Source: Isurus oxyrinchus (taxonomy: Eukaryota). Taken from it: a stretch of DNA of 64,000 nucleotides. The position numbers and the translations under genes were made by a program. Below the pieces are notes generated by a model, which was not told where the DNA came from, did no database searches, and saw nothing but the letters and a program-made list of their open reading frames with translations. This document shows positions 24,446 through 37,597 of the stretch, piece by piece. The DNA lies in the NCBI GenBank assembly GCA_026770705.1, contig JANJGN010000038.1, positions 11,036,001 to 11,100,000 of the forward strand, in the 5' to 3' direction. Position 1 is the stretch's first letter. Every line of letters starts with the position of its first letter.

Positions 24446-27203
24446 CATGAATGGATAATAATAACACATATTGCATGTTCGCTTTCTCTAGATTGTGTAC
24501 TCGAGCACCCAAATTATGAAAATTTACAATTTTTACCAGTTTCTCGCCTGTTTAAACGCTGGATGAGGATAGAATGAACCTCGTCTGTGTTATTATCTCA
24601 GGGAATCTGAAGGTTCTGGTGCAATATTAACACAGGGCTTTGATGCGTGTGTAAATTAATATGTGAGATAATTCATAAAATTAATGGTCCTGGCCTCCCA
24701 TTTGGTGGCGATACTCGGATAATCAGCACTGATTGTAAATGTTATTAAAGCCCTATCTTTTTCCACCCTTGCAGCTTGTTTTTCTTGCCTACGTAGCGGG
24801 GTGGGGGAGATGAGGTGTGTATGACATGCGTAGATGGCGGGTGATCAGCAGTTGGGATTGGGATGGGTGAGTAGTTAACCTGCTTTGCAGTCGGTTGGGG
24901 GTTGAATGGACGGGCGATGGCTAGTGAGAGCTGTGCAAGTGGATCGACGGGAAGGCAATCGAGTCAGATTAGATATTCTGGGGTCAGCAGTTGGGGGTGT
25001 TGTGGGTTGCTGTGTGTGGGATGAATGTGGGAGTTCTGTAGGTGGGGGTTGGGCGTGCATGGGCTTTGCTTGAAAGTTATTCACTGACACATGCTAGAAA
25101 TTAATAGCGGGAAAATACTACGCCAAGCATCTGTCGCACAACAGGCACAACAGTGCAAAACTAAAGGCAGTATTGGAGTCATTGTTAGAGGGGCCTGGGC
25201 AATACAAATCTGCCCATCTGAAGTTTAAAGTTCATGGGAAATTACCATGCATGCTCCTGGATCAAGATTTCAGATGGGTCCTGATATGCAGAGCGGCAGA
25301 CATTTCAATATTCACCACTATTGGCATCAGGAGCTCCGGTTAATGATACAGTCAGTATTAATTTCACGGCAATGGACTCCAGACACCAGCTGCAGAAAGA
25401 GGGAAATTACACAAGAGCGAAATGGAGATCAGGTCAAAGAAGGCTGGCTTAGGGTGAATAACAATAAAGAACACATTTTAAGAATTATCTTAAAGGATGA
25501 TAAGTTTGTGGCGAGGACAAAGGATTTAGGAGGAAATTCAGAACATGAAACTCTTAATATTTCATTGTGGTCACCCATGACAAAGGCTGCAGACATGTCG
25601 ACAAAAGGGAAGAGAGGCAGCTCGACATTAGCAGAGTCACATCAGATATAATTTGTGCCTTTGCTAAGGACGGTGTAAGAGTTGTAATAAGGTAGAAAAA
25701 TGGTTAGAAAGATTTAAGCATGGTGTCCCTGGAAGATGGGGCAGAAACGTGGGGGGTAGCAGCAGGGACAAGGAATTTGTAGAGGAAAGAGAGGTTAGAG
25801 ATGGACTGTTTGCTTACAAGGACTGAGGCAACAGGGGTTGCTTATTTACAAGGGCAGGGGTAATGACTACAGAATGGAGCAGCAAAGAACAGTAGCTAAG
25901 CAGATGGAACTATTAATTATATCAGCAACTGAGGAACATGATGAGGAAGTTCGGTGTTCAGCAGTTTGGTGGGAGTACGGTGAACCAGTCCCCACCAGCA
26001 GCCGCCCCTCCGCCCACATCCTACACCATGCCTCCCATCAACCCAATCAAACGCCTGGAAATCTCGCATCTGAAACATAATGGAACTCTCACTACTCATC
26101 AGTATGGTTATCAGAGCAACACCCAATAAACAGAATCACGTTCAATAATGGAATAGATTTTCCATCAGTGTCCGTCCATCATTAAACTTGCTATTTCTCC
26201 ACCTCCACCTCTGTGGATGCAGGAAGAATGTCTACAGAATCAACTACAACAACACACCGGGGCTACTTCGACAGCACGTACCAGCACAGCAAAATGCAGA
26301 AGGTGTGCAATGCCGTGAGATTCACCTTCTCTAACGCACCATCCTGACTTGGAACGGTAACCTCTCCCTTCATCAGCGTTCCGGAATTCCCTAACAGCAG
26401 GTAGGAGCACAGTCAGCAGAGGGAATACTTCAGCTCAGCAAGAAGACTCAGCACCAACTTCTCAGCTCACTTCCGGATGGGTAATAAATGGAAGTTTGTC
26501 ACAAGAATCCATTTCCCAAGGACACATTTTGAAAATAAAAAAACTTTGGGAGGGGGATAATGATTTGCAGCTCTAAATAACGTCATGCAGAGACAAGGGA
26601 AGGAAATTAAGTCTATGGTCAGAAATGGGAACGGAGCCAATTTTTGGTGAGGGGAGCAAATATTGTTGAACAATTATTACATTTTGAATTCTCTCCTAAA
26701 TATCTAAATTTGGTTATTGTTAGGCAAAGCGGGAGATGGTGGAATGGAATTTGCCTGGAGCTGAATTATTATGTGAGATCTTCCCTCGTTCCTGTCTGCC
26801 CTAATTTCCGCAGATCAGGGCAAATTACTATCTGCATCGCACTGCAAAACCAATACCTGCGCAACATATTCTGCTCAGATATTGGGGTTCAGTTTAAACA
26901 GCAGACTGCAGCTGTTCAATAGATATAATTCATCACTAATATTTATTGCGTAAAATATTACACCAGCCAAATTCTGAAGAAAAAAGTCACTTGAAGCAAG
27001 TCTTGAGATGTACAAACGGTCCAATGAACTGTGAACAGTGAATCAGCAACTGCTGAAATGCTACTTCACAGAAGCACAGGGCATTACATGTCACAGGACA
27101 CAAAAACTACAGAGAATAAAATTAATTAACTCACGTTAAGGGCAAGGACAACAAACATGGTGAAAGATGTTTTATAAAATAAGTTTCCAAAATAATCACT
27201 CAC

Positions 27204-27300
27204 CAGGAATGCCAACAGCAGCGAGGAGCGGAAAGTAAATCCTTTGCAAATCATAAATCACCCAGACAATCCGAAGTGCAGTTGGAATTTCAAAGAACAT
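27204..27300 (-). pseudogene. Exon 1 of GPCR copy B
   Basis: ATG at 27300 gives MFFEIPTALRIVWVIYDLQRIYFPLLAAVGIP, then G|gtgagt (phase 1). Splicing to 21933 gives ...GIPVNILTIV, restoring TM1 with its conserved Asn. The start codon could lie further upstream. Confidence 0.85.
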
Positions 27301-27899
27301 GATCTCATTTGCTGTGAGATCCAATGATCGCTGTTTATACTGGCAACCACACTCTGTCAAACACCCATATACACATTGAAAACATTGCCTAGATATAGGC
27401 GGAGGAGAGTCCTGGTGATTCAATTAAACAATACACTGGCTGGCATTAATTACAGTCACTTAACAAACAAGATGCCTTAACCCTTTCATCCCATCACTTT
27501 GTATGGAAAAAATATACTAAAAACTGCATGGCATTCCTATTCAAAGCAAGCACGTGACGTCAGCCACTTTTGTGATAAACAGGTTATGGAATTCTGCAGG
27601 CTTGCAGCACAGATAAGAAAAGAAAAACAGACTCAAATCCAGAGCTTTGATTATTCCGGAGATAAAATGCTGCCAAACAATTTCATGGTTTCAATTAATT
27701 TCTCAGGGGGTGAACACAAGTGCCAGAGTATGGACAGAAGCAGTAACTGTCCAAAAGGATGCATAGTTGATCATTGTGTAGTGATCAGAAAGGGAAATAG
27801 TAGACTGATGATTTGAAACTGCTTGGTTTAACAGTAAACGTAAAACTGATGCTATGGATCAACAATTACCATGGAAATGATATGAGAGTTTAACTTTAA

Positions 27900-28410
27900 A
27901 GCTGACCTGGAAAATGATGCCCCGTTGTAACTAAACCCTGTAATTGAAATCCATGGAATATTAGTGTCCATGTGAATGACACTACACAATCTAAAATAAC
28001 TTTGTACCTGACACCACGGACTTACAGTGACCATGCAACTAATACCTGGTCATACAGTGCTCATTTGAATTATGCATAAGTCCATCAGTGGGCTTCCTAC
28101 AGATACTGTTGTCAAACGGTGACCATGGGATTGAAATATGGTATCCTATTCGCCTTGTACCCGAAACTTCGCTGTAACTGATAATCGAGTACAACAGTGA
28201 CGTTGTAACTGATATCCCGATCTTACATTGACCATGTACATGACATTCCAGTCTATCAGTGCTATTCTAACTGATAATTCAGTCTAACAGTGGCTTTGTA
28301 CCGGATACCCCAATTTGAACGTGAACATGTACCTGACGCCCCGGTCTAACTGTGACTTTGGAACTGGTATACCAGTTTAATAGTACATTTGTACCTGATA
28401 CTGCGGTGAA
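27900..28410. repeat. Degenerate ~31-bp tandem repeat
   Basis: Consecutive 31-nt units include gtaccggataccccaatttgaacgtgaacat, gtacctgacgccccggtctaactgtgacttt and ggaactggtataccagtttaatagtacattt. Confidence 0.7.
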
Positions 28411-29039
28411 AAATTCACCTTCTGTTACCCATGGCTAGTGTCATAATTCAGCTGATTTTCAATCCAATTGTTAGTTTTAGGAATTAAAGATTTAACTGTA
28501 GGCAGTGGGGATATCTGGTGGCAAAAACTGGTAAAAGCAGCCGTAAATTAAATGCAATTTAACCAACTTTGAAGTTTATTATTCTTAAAAGTTTGGAACC
28601 ATGTTGACTTAAGAGGCTCACAGCTAAAATTACAAGATCATGATAATGTGGGCGCTTTTAATTAGCTAACGACAAGGAGGCAGGATCTTTGAAGTTATTC
28701 CAGTAAATAAAAAGCTTGTTAGGTCGTTTCCCAAGGTTAAGGTAAGTTTTGGAGCTAACAGGTAGTTAAATTGCATTTCTAAGTGGTAACAGACCTTGTG
28801 TATCACTTGAGGATCGGTGAAGCTCAGTTGAGATTTTAGAACAAGGTGGAGTGAAGGAAACGTATTTGTCATCAGAATTCAGTTCAAATTCTGGGTGTTT
28901 GCTTAAAGAATTAAAACTTTTGTCATCTTCAGGGTTTTTTCAACACTGATTTAAATGTCTGGTTTGGCCAAGCTAAGGGAGCAGAGAAGGAATGATTTAT
29001 AGATACAACCCTCCATAGTCGGAGATGATCACAGCAAGG

Positions 29040-29997
29040 GGACCCCTGGCTGGAGGCTGCTACGTCGCCAGAGACAGCGATGTTGAAAGGTGTAGGGGTC
29101 CTCCGCCAGTCCGTGGCCTCTCAGTGTTGTTACGGGCTGCCTTCTCCTGAAAGCACAGAGGAGCATTCATTAGTCCACATCCAACATGCAGCGCCATTAC
29201 AGCCTGGCGAACCCCAGCATTGGGGCGCATGGCAGGCCACATCCATATCATGGCCGGTGATTCGCATGGCACTCAGTCAAAGCAGCCAAAGCTCAGCAAC
29301 TTGGCCAGAGCCGGAGTGATTGACAGTTAGGACTCAGGTTCTGACACGCTGAACTGCATGGGGAGGGCGGCTTGTTCAAAACAATTCCACACACTGACTG
29401 ATGCCAACACAGCAATCACCTTTTCCGAGTGCAGCAGGTCAGTCAAACGCCTCTGGCACTGCACCCAGGTGTGCCTTATGGCTGTTCACCAAGGCTGCCT
29501 CTTCCTCCCAATGCTTCTTTGTGAGGTTTGGAGGCGTCCTCCTTCCATCTCTTCAGACAAGGGTGTCCCTTCCGGCAGCCACCCCCTCCATGAGGTCAGC
29601 GAGGCACACCTCAGTAAAACTGGGGGCCGAATGCCCAAACAACATGCCCTCCAGCCTGGTGTGTGCTGCCACACAGGAGTCTATCTTTGCAACAGCAGAC
29701 AGAGGTCATTCTCCAGCAGCCTTCCTGGGGCTGCCTGGGCCGTTTTCAAACTGGCGGCCGGATCGCCATTGGACCCGGCGGCCGAGAGGCTCCCATCCCC
29801 GCTCGGCCCCTCCAACCTGTCACCAGCTGAGTTTCACGCGGGGTGGCCCTTAATTGACCTGCCAGCGTGAAATCGCTTTCTGGCCCTGATCGCGGGCTGG
29901 CAGTCGCATTCCGGAAAGCTCCTGTCCACCTCTCTGTGCCCGCCCGATGAGGACAAAACTCCTCCCTTTGACCTAGTGGCCATTGGTAAAATCCCCA
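29040..29997 (-). mobile_element. PIF/Harbinger transposon relic with Myb/SANT (MSANTD-like) gene
   Basis: A GC-rich island. The minus strand reads APSFTEVCLADLMEG, RDGRRTPPNLTKKHWEEEAALV and TWVQCQRRLTDLLHSEK|gt. An intron spans 29419-29147, then ag|EKAARNNTERPRTGGGP. A putative terminus ggggattttacc lies at ~29997. Confidence 0.72.
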
Positions 29998-32900
29998 TCT
30001 CTTTCATCATAAACTGCACTCTCTATAGCGTGATGGAGAATTGAGAGTTTAATTTGAGTCCATTTTACTTTGGAAATAGGTTCAGACTTCGTGACCTGCT
30101 GAGAAACCTATAAGTCCACACCTGGTCTGTGTAATTAGCCTGCCATGTGTGCAGGAGAGAATGCACCTACTGTCCAACCTGCTGAGTTTCTAGTGGCTCT
30201 ATGCAGACCAAGCGATGTGGCTTAATTGGTTAATCACCATTTAGATCCGTTCACTCACACGTTCCACCAATAAAGGCATAATTGCATTCAGATACAGTAA
30301 GAGCAAGAAGAGATCTACTGCCCCTCCTCAATACTGTCTCATACAGACAACCACACCGGTGAGTAGCTGTTACCCACTCCCAATGACTTCAATCTTCCAT
30401 TTCACTTGGTGACTCATTGACACAGGGATACCAAAGAGTGGACCTGCAACAGTCCGGGCTGTGGCCAGGCGTTACTTTCTGCTTATGCACTAGAGTATTC
30501 ACATTGATAAGAGGTCAAATATCTCTTTGGCGTTTCTGTGGGATTTCAACCAGCAAATATCACTGCGAAAGGGATATCATGCACCTGTTCCAGCTCTGAG
30601 AAGGGCTGTGCATAGTTGCCCTTCACAATGAGACACGAACGTCCTTGAGTAATGGGGGGAGGGCACTGGAATATATAGATATATTTTTTCAGAATATCTC
30701 TTAGAGAGAAAAAAATGCCTGATCTATAATTTACATCATTATATGACTCTAGAAAAAAGAGGATATAGAACGTTTTGAAAATTGACTCATGGGAATTTGA
30801 AGTCGTTTCTGTGCTGTAAGTTCACTATTGTGTCACATAGTTTGAGCTATCGAAGTCTTAGAGCAATTTCGGGCCTCAATTAGTTGCTTATCGAAAATAT
30901 TACAATAGCTTCCAGAAAGAACCTGAATTGGCATCAAATTTGCAAACACAAAAATAGTTTCAAGCCCCTGGAAGAGTAACGATTGGTGTTTGGAATTAAA
31001 ATGATTCTAGGATTTATCCAGTTTACTCTTTTTTTTTGAGTGACATGAGTTGAAAGATGCTGTTCAGAGTCCGGAGATTTGCAAGCATTTTTAAATTATG
31101 TAAATTGAGGATTTCCTTCACCATCCATTGCTCCTTGTTCATGCCTCTACTGGTACCTTCTATTTAACTACCTTAGCCAGCCGTCACGTGTAGCTAATTG
31201 TGGACACTGATGTGACTGGTAACTGATCAGTCACTGGACCAAAGAGTAATAGATAGTCGTTGAGCATGTGACCTTGATATTCATCACCAAGCGGTGTATA
31301 AAAGATCAACTTAACACTGTTGTGTGATTGCCTTCTGAAATGTTAGGCATAAAAGCCTGTGTTTGGGGATCCTTATGGCCTTGGTAACTGCTTGAATGTA
31401 AACGTTTGTTAAGTGAATATGAACCTGAACTGTTTGAGGGAACAACTGCAGCGCCACCACTAGCGATACACGGTGGTGGTGGTATCACGGGTGTATGAGC
31501 AATGTTTACTCCCCTCCTCCTTGCACCCTGACAGTGTTGTTGGGTTCTCCATTTTGATAGACTGTGCATTAATAAAATAAGTCAAAATAGCAGCCAATGT
31601 TCTTCCAGTTTGTCCGCTTCTATTTCCATTTAAAACGACATAAAATATATACAGATACATACGTGTTGATGTCGAAATGCATGTGGTTGTGTGGGTACGT
31701 GCGTGTTTGCTTGTGTGCAAGCGCGCCTATGTGTGTACGCGTGTGTGTTTGTTTGTGTAGCGTCTTTGACAAGTGTCTATGCGCATGCCTGCCTGTGTTA
31801 TTATAGTTCAGAGCTTCAACATTTTTGTTGACCAAGAGTCTGTTTATCTCCGCCTTGATGCCAGGTCATTTAAATCTGGCTCTTTCTATGCAAGGAGGTG
31901 GGAATGTGACACATAAGTTTTCGTTTAACGTTGTGTGGTCTACGGTTAAACTATGTCATCAAATAGCAGATGACAAGATTCACTGGAGCAGGAAGCATGA
32001 CTTGTGCTGCCTGAGAGTAACTGAGAGCTGTTAATTACCTTTGATCATAGATCCGTTGGTTTCTCTGACAATAAACTAAGAAGCGGGTATCCAATGACCC
32101 CTCCAGCTTGCAGCAGTTATAATCATTCAAAGGATTTCATTATAATTGTTTAACTTCCTTAACTTCTCCTTGCGCTTTTAGAACATAAAAAATTAAACAT
32201 CTTATTGATTGGAGAATGCTTAGAGGCCTGATTCTTTGTTCCAAATTTCTGTGAATTTCATGCTGTACGAGTGAAATTTTAACAGAGCAGAAGTTGAAAA
32301 TTCAAAAGACCTTTACATCTCCTGGATCTTCATCAAGCATCGTAAATACATGGAAAGAAAATATCACGTTTATATCTCTTTCTTAAGATGTTATTTAAAC
32401 AGATTCTGTATTTTCCTCTAACTCTATCACTAGATTAAAGGAGTGACTATTCTTCACTAGATACGCCCTTGTCATTAAGCAACCTGGGACACTCTGAACT
32501 ATTGAAGGACTTTGTATAAGTTCAGAAGGTGCTGTCTCCCAGTAACTATGAATGAATAATGAGATGGAATTGTGAAATGAATGTACAGCTTCTTTCCACT
32601 AATTGTCAGTTTCTATGCCTTTTTCCCTTTCCTTTGTCTAGGACTCTCCTTCAATTTATCTCTGTCGATTTGACTCCGTATCTATCCTTAACTCTTTTTT
32701 TTCTCATTTGCTCGCCTTGATCTCTCTGTGTGAAGAATATTCTCGCTCTCGCTCTGGTTAATTAGGCCAGGGTTGTTTCTAGATCGATTATTGCTCTGAC
32801 ATGGAATTCATAGCTGTGCAATGGATTAGCTCCGATTCAATACAATGAAGACTAAATCCATCCCTCACTTTTGATTCAGTACTCGGAGGAACATAGTGTT

Positions 32901-34685
32901 TTTTTGAGTTGCCATTTTGTATCTATAGCTCTCTGTCCGTCTTCGAATTAAATACTTACAGAGAGAAAGGGAAGAGCCAAAAATATGCAGGAGAACAATG
33001 TCTTTATGTTTTTTTTCTCAGTTCAAACTGGTTAATAACAAAGACTAATCAACAGTGTTTGTGAAGCCGTCGCAAGAGGCTTGGATAAGGAGTGTAACGA
33101 AGCTTTGCTGCAAATATATAAGATTTTGCTAACAACACATTTGGAGAACTGTGTTCAGTTTTGGTCCACCTAACTGGGGCTGGGTAGATCTGCCATAGAT
33201 TGGTGCAACCAGATTCACCAGTCTCATTACAGCACGGAGCCGGAAAGAAGGGGAGGGGGGCGCTGTGGTGGCGGGGTTGGGGGGGGCGGAGTGGTGGGGG
33301 CGGGGAGGGAGGCATTCGACATACACAGTCTTTGCCAGACCTCCGGAGAGCAAACCAGTCAGATCAGCAATATCATCTTCATCTTCTTCTTCATCATCAT
33401 GAGAACCGAGTCAGCCTGAACCTATCAGGGTCAAGCTGTCTGGCTTAAATTTCAAACAATTCTTGGCAGTTAACTGTCCTTCGCCATAGGTGGTGCATTA
33501 TTCAGGGAAATGCCACTTGCCAACCAATCATCATTCTCCTCACATACAGTATAAATTGTGCTCCCCCCTCCCATGTATTTTTATTCTTGCGAGTTTCCTG
33601 ATGAGTGCAGGGTGATAAGCTGAGACCTGTCTCTTTTTCAGAAATACTCAAGTTCTGTCCGAACAAAAACCAAAGTGTATTCTTTCTGCATTGAATAACA
33701 ATGCGCAGTGTTGATTGTTGTATGAGTGTCCATGACACCAATGTTATATTGGTGTCCATCACACAACTTGCATCTGGTAAGGAACAGCATTTATTGGAGT
33801 CAATGAAATATTAAAGATCAATTGTGTCTATTAACTAACAAATGCCATTGATGTACCTCGATATTGAGGCCGGGCTATAGATATGAATTTGGATTTTTTA
33901 AAATTTTGATTCGTTGCCTTTGTTTGTCTGCCCCACCCCTGCCAGCATCGCACCTATCGGCTGGTGGAAGACATCAAACTGAGGAAACTTACATTTGCAA
34001 TTTTTGTGTTGTTTGTAAATCTCGGAGTCATACTCATGTGCAGCTAAACGTGGTGGTAGGATGTAACAAATGTCTTGAATATACATCACATACTTCCGTA
34101 CAGCATGGAATTCTGACACAGGATACAACTTCAACATGCCTTCTGATCGCCAGTGTGTCTCCTGGACAAGAATAATATTCGTCAAAGTGTTCCTTTTCCT
34201 CATAAATGTTCAACCAAGTAAGTATTTCATGCGATTGTAACGCCTTTATTTTGTTAACTGTATTGTTATTTTTCCTCCAATTTTTCTTCACTCCATTGGT
34301 GAGGTCAGCTTCCTTGGCTTCGCTCACTGGTCAGTAAGTGTTCGTACAGTATCTAAATTAGTCACAAGCTGACCTGTCACTGTCTCAGCGGGCCGGAGAA
34401 GGGCTTCTCTATTTCCTGCAGAAATGGTAGCCTTGGTTGAACACTGCCAGAAGGAAATTACACCGATGATGGCCTGTGATCAGTTAACTGAGGGGTGAAA
34501 TCGCTGAAGCTCCCTGTTTTTGTTGTTGTCTTCACACTCGAAATGCAGTCAACCGTTGTATTGAAGGGAATGATTTAACCTGAGCCCGTGTGTGCGCGCG
34601 TGTGCGTGTGCATTGGAAAGCCTATTTTGTCCAAATGAAAAAAATCTAAAAGTTGCATTGATAACATTCTGTTATTGTTTTCCAG

Positions 34686-34993
34686 AATACGGCCAACAGG
34701 AGAGACTTTCCCAAACACCCTCAATTGTAGCAGTGAGTGAAGGTGATACTGCGGTGTTGTCCTGTATCTACCCAGCGACATACACAGCTGCTTACCTATT
34801 CTGGTATGTACAGTACTCGGGAAAAGGCCTTCAGTATATGCTGCTCAGACACACGGCTGGGAATGAAGAGAATGCACCAGCTTTTGCAAAGCGCTTTTCG
34901 GCCGTACAGGATAGGAGCAACACAAACATCCCTTTGAACATCACAGACACCCAGCTCTCTGACTCAGCCGTGTATTACTGCGCGGCTATGAAG
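34686..34993 (+). CDS. T-cell receptor alpha/delta-like variable gene segment (V exon, open reading frame)
   Basis: Acceptor tttccag| (phase 1) precedes (E)YGQQERLSQTPSIVAVSEGDTAVLSCIYPATYTAAYLFWYVQYSGKGLQYML...KRFSA...LNITDTQLSDSAVYYCAAMK. The V-set Cys, Trp and DSAVYYC are present, and an RSS follows directly. Confidence 0.93.
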
Positions 34994-35032
34994 CACCACG
35001 TTACATAAATCCTTACCACTGGTACAAAAACT
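34994..35032 (+). promoter_or_regulatory. Recombination signal sequence, 23-bp spacer
   Basis: Heptamer CACCACG (34994-35000), 23-nt spacer, nonamer ACAAAAACT (35024-35032). Confidence 0.88.
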
Positions 35033-37597
35033 ATCAGCTCCAGTTGTTGTGAATTCTCTGAATTCCCTGCTTCAGTCAGCCGTCACACTGCTGTTATTCC
35101 TTTACAGGTTTGTGGATCAGTGGTGGCACTCTGGCCTCAGAATCAGAAAATGTTATTTTAAGTCCCAGTCCGGAGATTGCGTTTTTAATGTAGACTGGCA
35201 TTTCGGTGTACAACTGTGGGAGCTTTCGAATGTATTGTACTGAAGCACGGTTTGCTTTCTCTGTTACACATAAATGATGGCATATTTCAAGAAGGGCATT
35301 GCAGGTCTCCCAGTGCCCTGAATTAATACTTCATGTCGGCAGAGCAGCAGACTCCATCTGAACATGACTTTAATGGTGGAATGTGTTGTCAACACTGGGA
35401 AGGGACAAAGATGAAGAAACTACAACCATTTGCATGCGTTTATTCGGACAGCAGGCACGTTCTGTTGAAGAGTCATGCGGACTCGAAACAATAACTGTGT
35501 TCCTCCTAGCAGATGCTGTCAGAAAAGCTAAGGTTTTTAGATGTATTTTTATTTTTGATTTCGTTTAATACAAATGCGGCTCATCCCACCATTTGACAGC
35601 GAACACACGGTCTGCAGATTCAACATCAATATCTATTGTATAAAATGGCAAACTGCATTTGATATTCACAAGTCTATAACTTGGTACTCCGCGGTATATC
35701 TGTGTGTGCAGGAATGGACAGTGTTAAAGTCACACGGATTCTGCTCAATAACAGAACAGTTGTGGTGTATCAGTTGTGGGCTACAACATTCAGTTGTGAC
35801 AGTGAAAACTTCACATTACATATTGAAGAATTTCGATAGGAGGAATGGAGATAGGAATGCTGGAATGGAAGAACGAAATCAGGAAGGGGAGAGGAAGGAT
35901 GAAGTTAGGAAGGTGAGTAGGATAGAAGGGAGGAAACTATAGATCTGCCTGATCTGTTGGTGAACATCTATTCTCAACCAATATAATAAAAAGGGGTGAT
36001 ATCGTCAGGATCATATTGCTGCTTTTTGGGAGCTTGCTGGGCTCAAGTTTCCTGACGTGCTTCCTAAATTTATTTTATTTGTTTCATAGGATGTCGGCAT
36101 CGCTGGCAAGACCTGCATAAGCTGTCCATTCCTAAATGTCACTGAGCTGAATGGCTTGTTAGGGTATTTCATCAAAGGGCAGTCATCAATCAATCTGGAG
36201 TCACATAGAGGCCAGACCAGGTAAGGGCGACAGAATTCCTTCCCCAAAAGATATGAGTGAACCACATGGGTTTTGTGACAATCACTGATAATTCACAGAC
36301 ACGATCATTGAAATGAATTCTCGATTCAGATTTTGTTAAGTTAATTTTACCAGCTTTCCGTGGTGGAATTTGAATATGCATCTTCCAAAGATGAGCCTGA
36401 ATCTCTGAATAATTACTCTAGTGACATTGCTAATAAGCCATTGTCTGCTCTCTAAGAGGTGATGTTGCACGGCGTAACTTTACACGTAAAGTACGTAAAG
36501 AGCAGCCTTGGTTTTATGTTTTGCAGGAAAACATTCCCCACCCCCTTGTCTGTTCCAATCCTAATTCATGTCCTTTATTTAAAAAAAAAATTCTATAATC
36601 AGTTCCCCAGAAATGTACTTGGAGAGTGAACATGTGGTGTCACCAGCGTTTTCAAATGTTGACTCATTTTCTATGAATATTTTGTCTCATAGAATTGCCC
36701 TACTTTCCATTCAGCCTTTTTCTTCTGTCACCACTCAGTTGGAGATAAGGAGCCGCCGTTAGAGCCGGAAATGCACCTGTTTCGTTCTGTCCCACCTTGT
36801 ACCGCAACTGTCACTCCCAGGTTACAGCAGCAGCGAGAAACGTCACCTCACGAGGTGGTTTTAACATAACCTCAACAGTTAAAAATGCCCACTTGTGTTT
36901 TACGTCTCATGGAAGCTTTGCTGTGGCAAAAGCGATATCATTACAATTTCATTGCCTATGCAAATTATTGCACTTGTTAATGTCACAGAAGGAAGTAAAA
37001 TACAAAGTATCGTTTTGATGAGCAGTTGGTAACAAATAATGTAACAGAATTGTCCACAGGGGAAACCTTTTATTTATATGTCACTTGATTATTTTTTGTG
37101 AAATCCATGCAGGACTCTAATATCCTGGTACCTCTAATTGAACTCAAACAAAAAAACAAAGGTTCAATATTTACAAAATATTCCCTGCAAGTTAATGACT
37201 ACTGCCACGTTCTGTGACACGTGACATTATATACAATACGTTGGTGAACTTCAATGTATTTGGTGAAATTCAATCGTAATTTCCAGCTGTTTGTCATTAC
37301 AACAAGTTCACACTTGCGTCGAGAGTGAATAATCTAAATTTGATGCTGTAAAAATATATTGCTTCCTTCCCTCTGAATAAACTCGTTATCCTGTTTGGAT
37401 TTTTGATGCTTGCAGCTTGGTCGATTGTAACGTTTCCTTTCTCATTGCCTGGAGAATCGTAGCCCTGGTTAACAGCAAAGATTGAACATTACGACATATC
37501 AGTGGGGACACAAGAAGGGAACATCGATCCTCAATGCGGCTAGTTTCAGAGGTCAATTTGTGCCATATTCTCTAGGTTACTATGTTAATACACGTTA

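Noticed and set aside
27067-27108. Nonamer-like ACAAAAACT with nearby CACAG words
   Set aside because: The spacers are 18 or 26 nt rather than 12 or 23, and no coding segment is adjacent. It lies in the GPCR intron.
31296-31530. TATA-like site, short ATG exon with a GT donor and a downstream acceptor resembling a V leader
   Set aside because: The phase is wrong and no V exon follows the acceptor (a stop codon occurs within a few codons).
30000-34685. NAR-TCR V-D-J cassette upstream of the leaderless V
   Set aside because: I found no NAR-type V exon, no RSS-flanked D and no GxGT J motif. The V also has no extra CDR1 cysteine.
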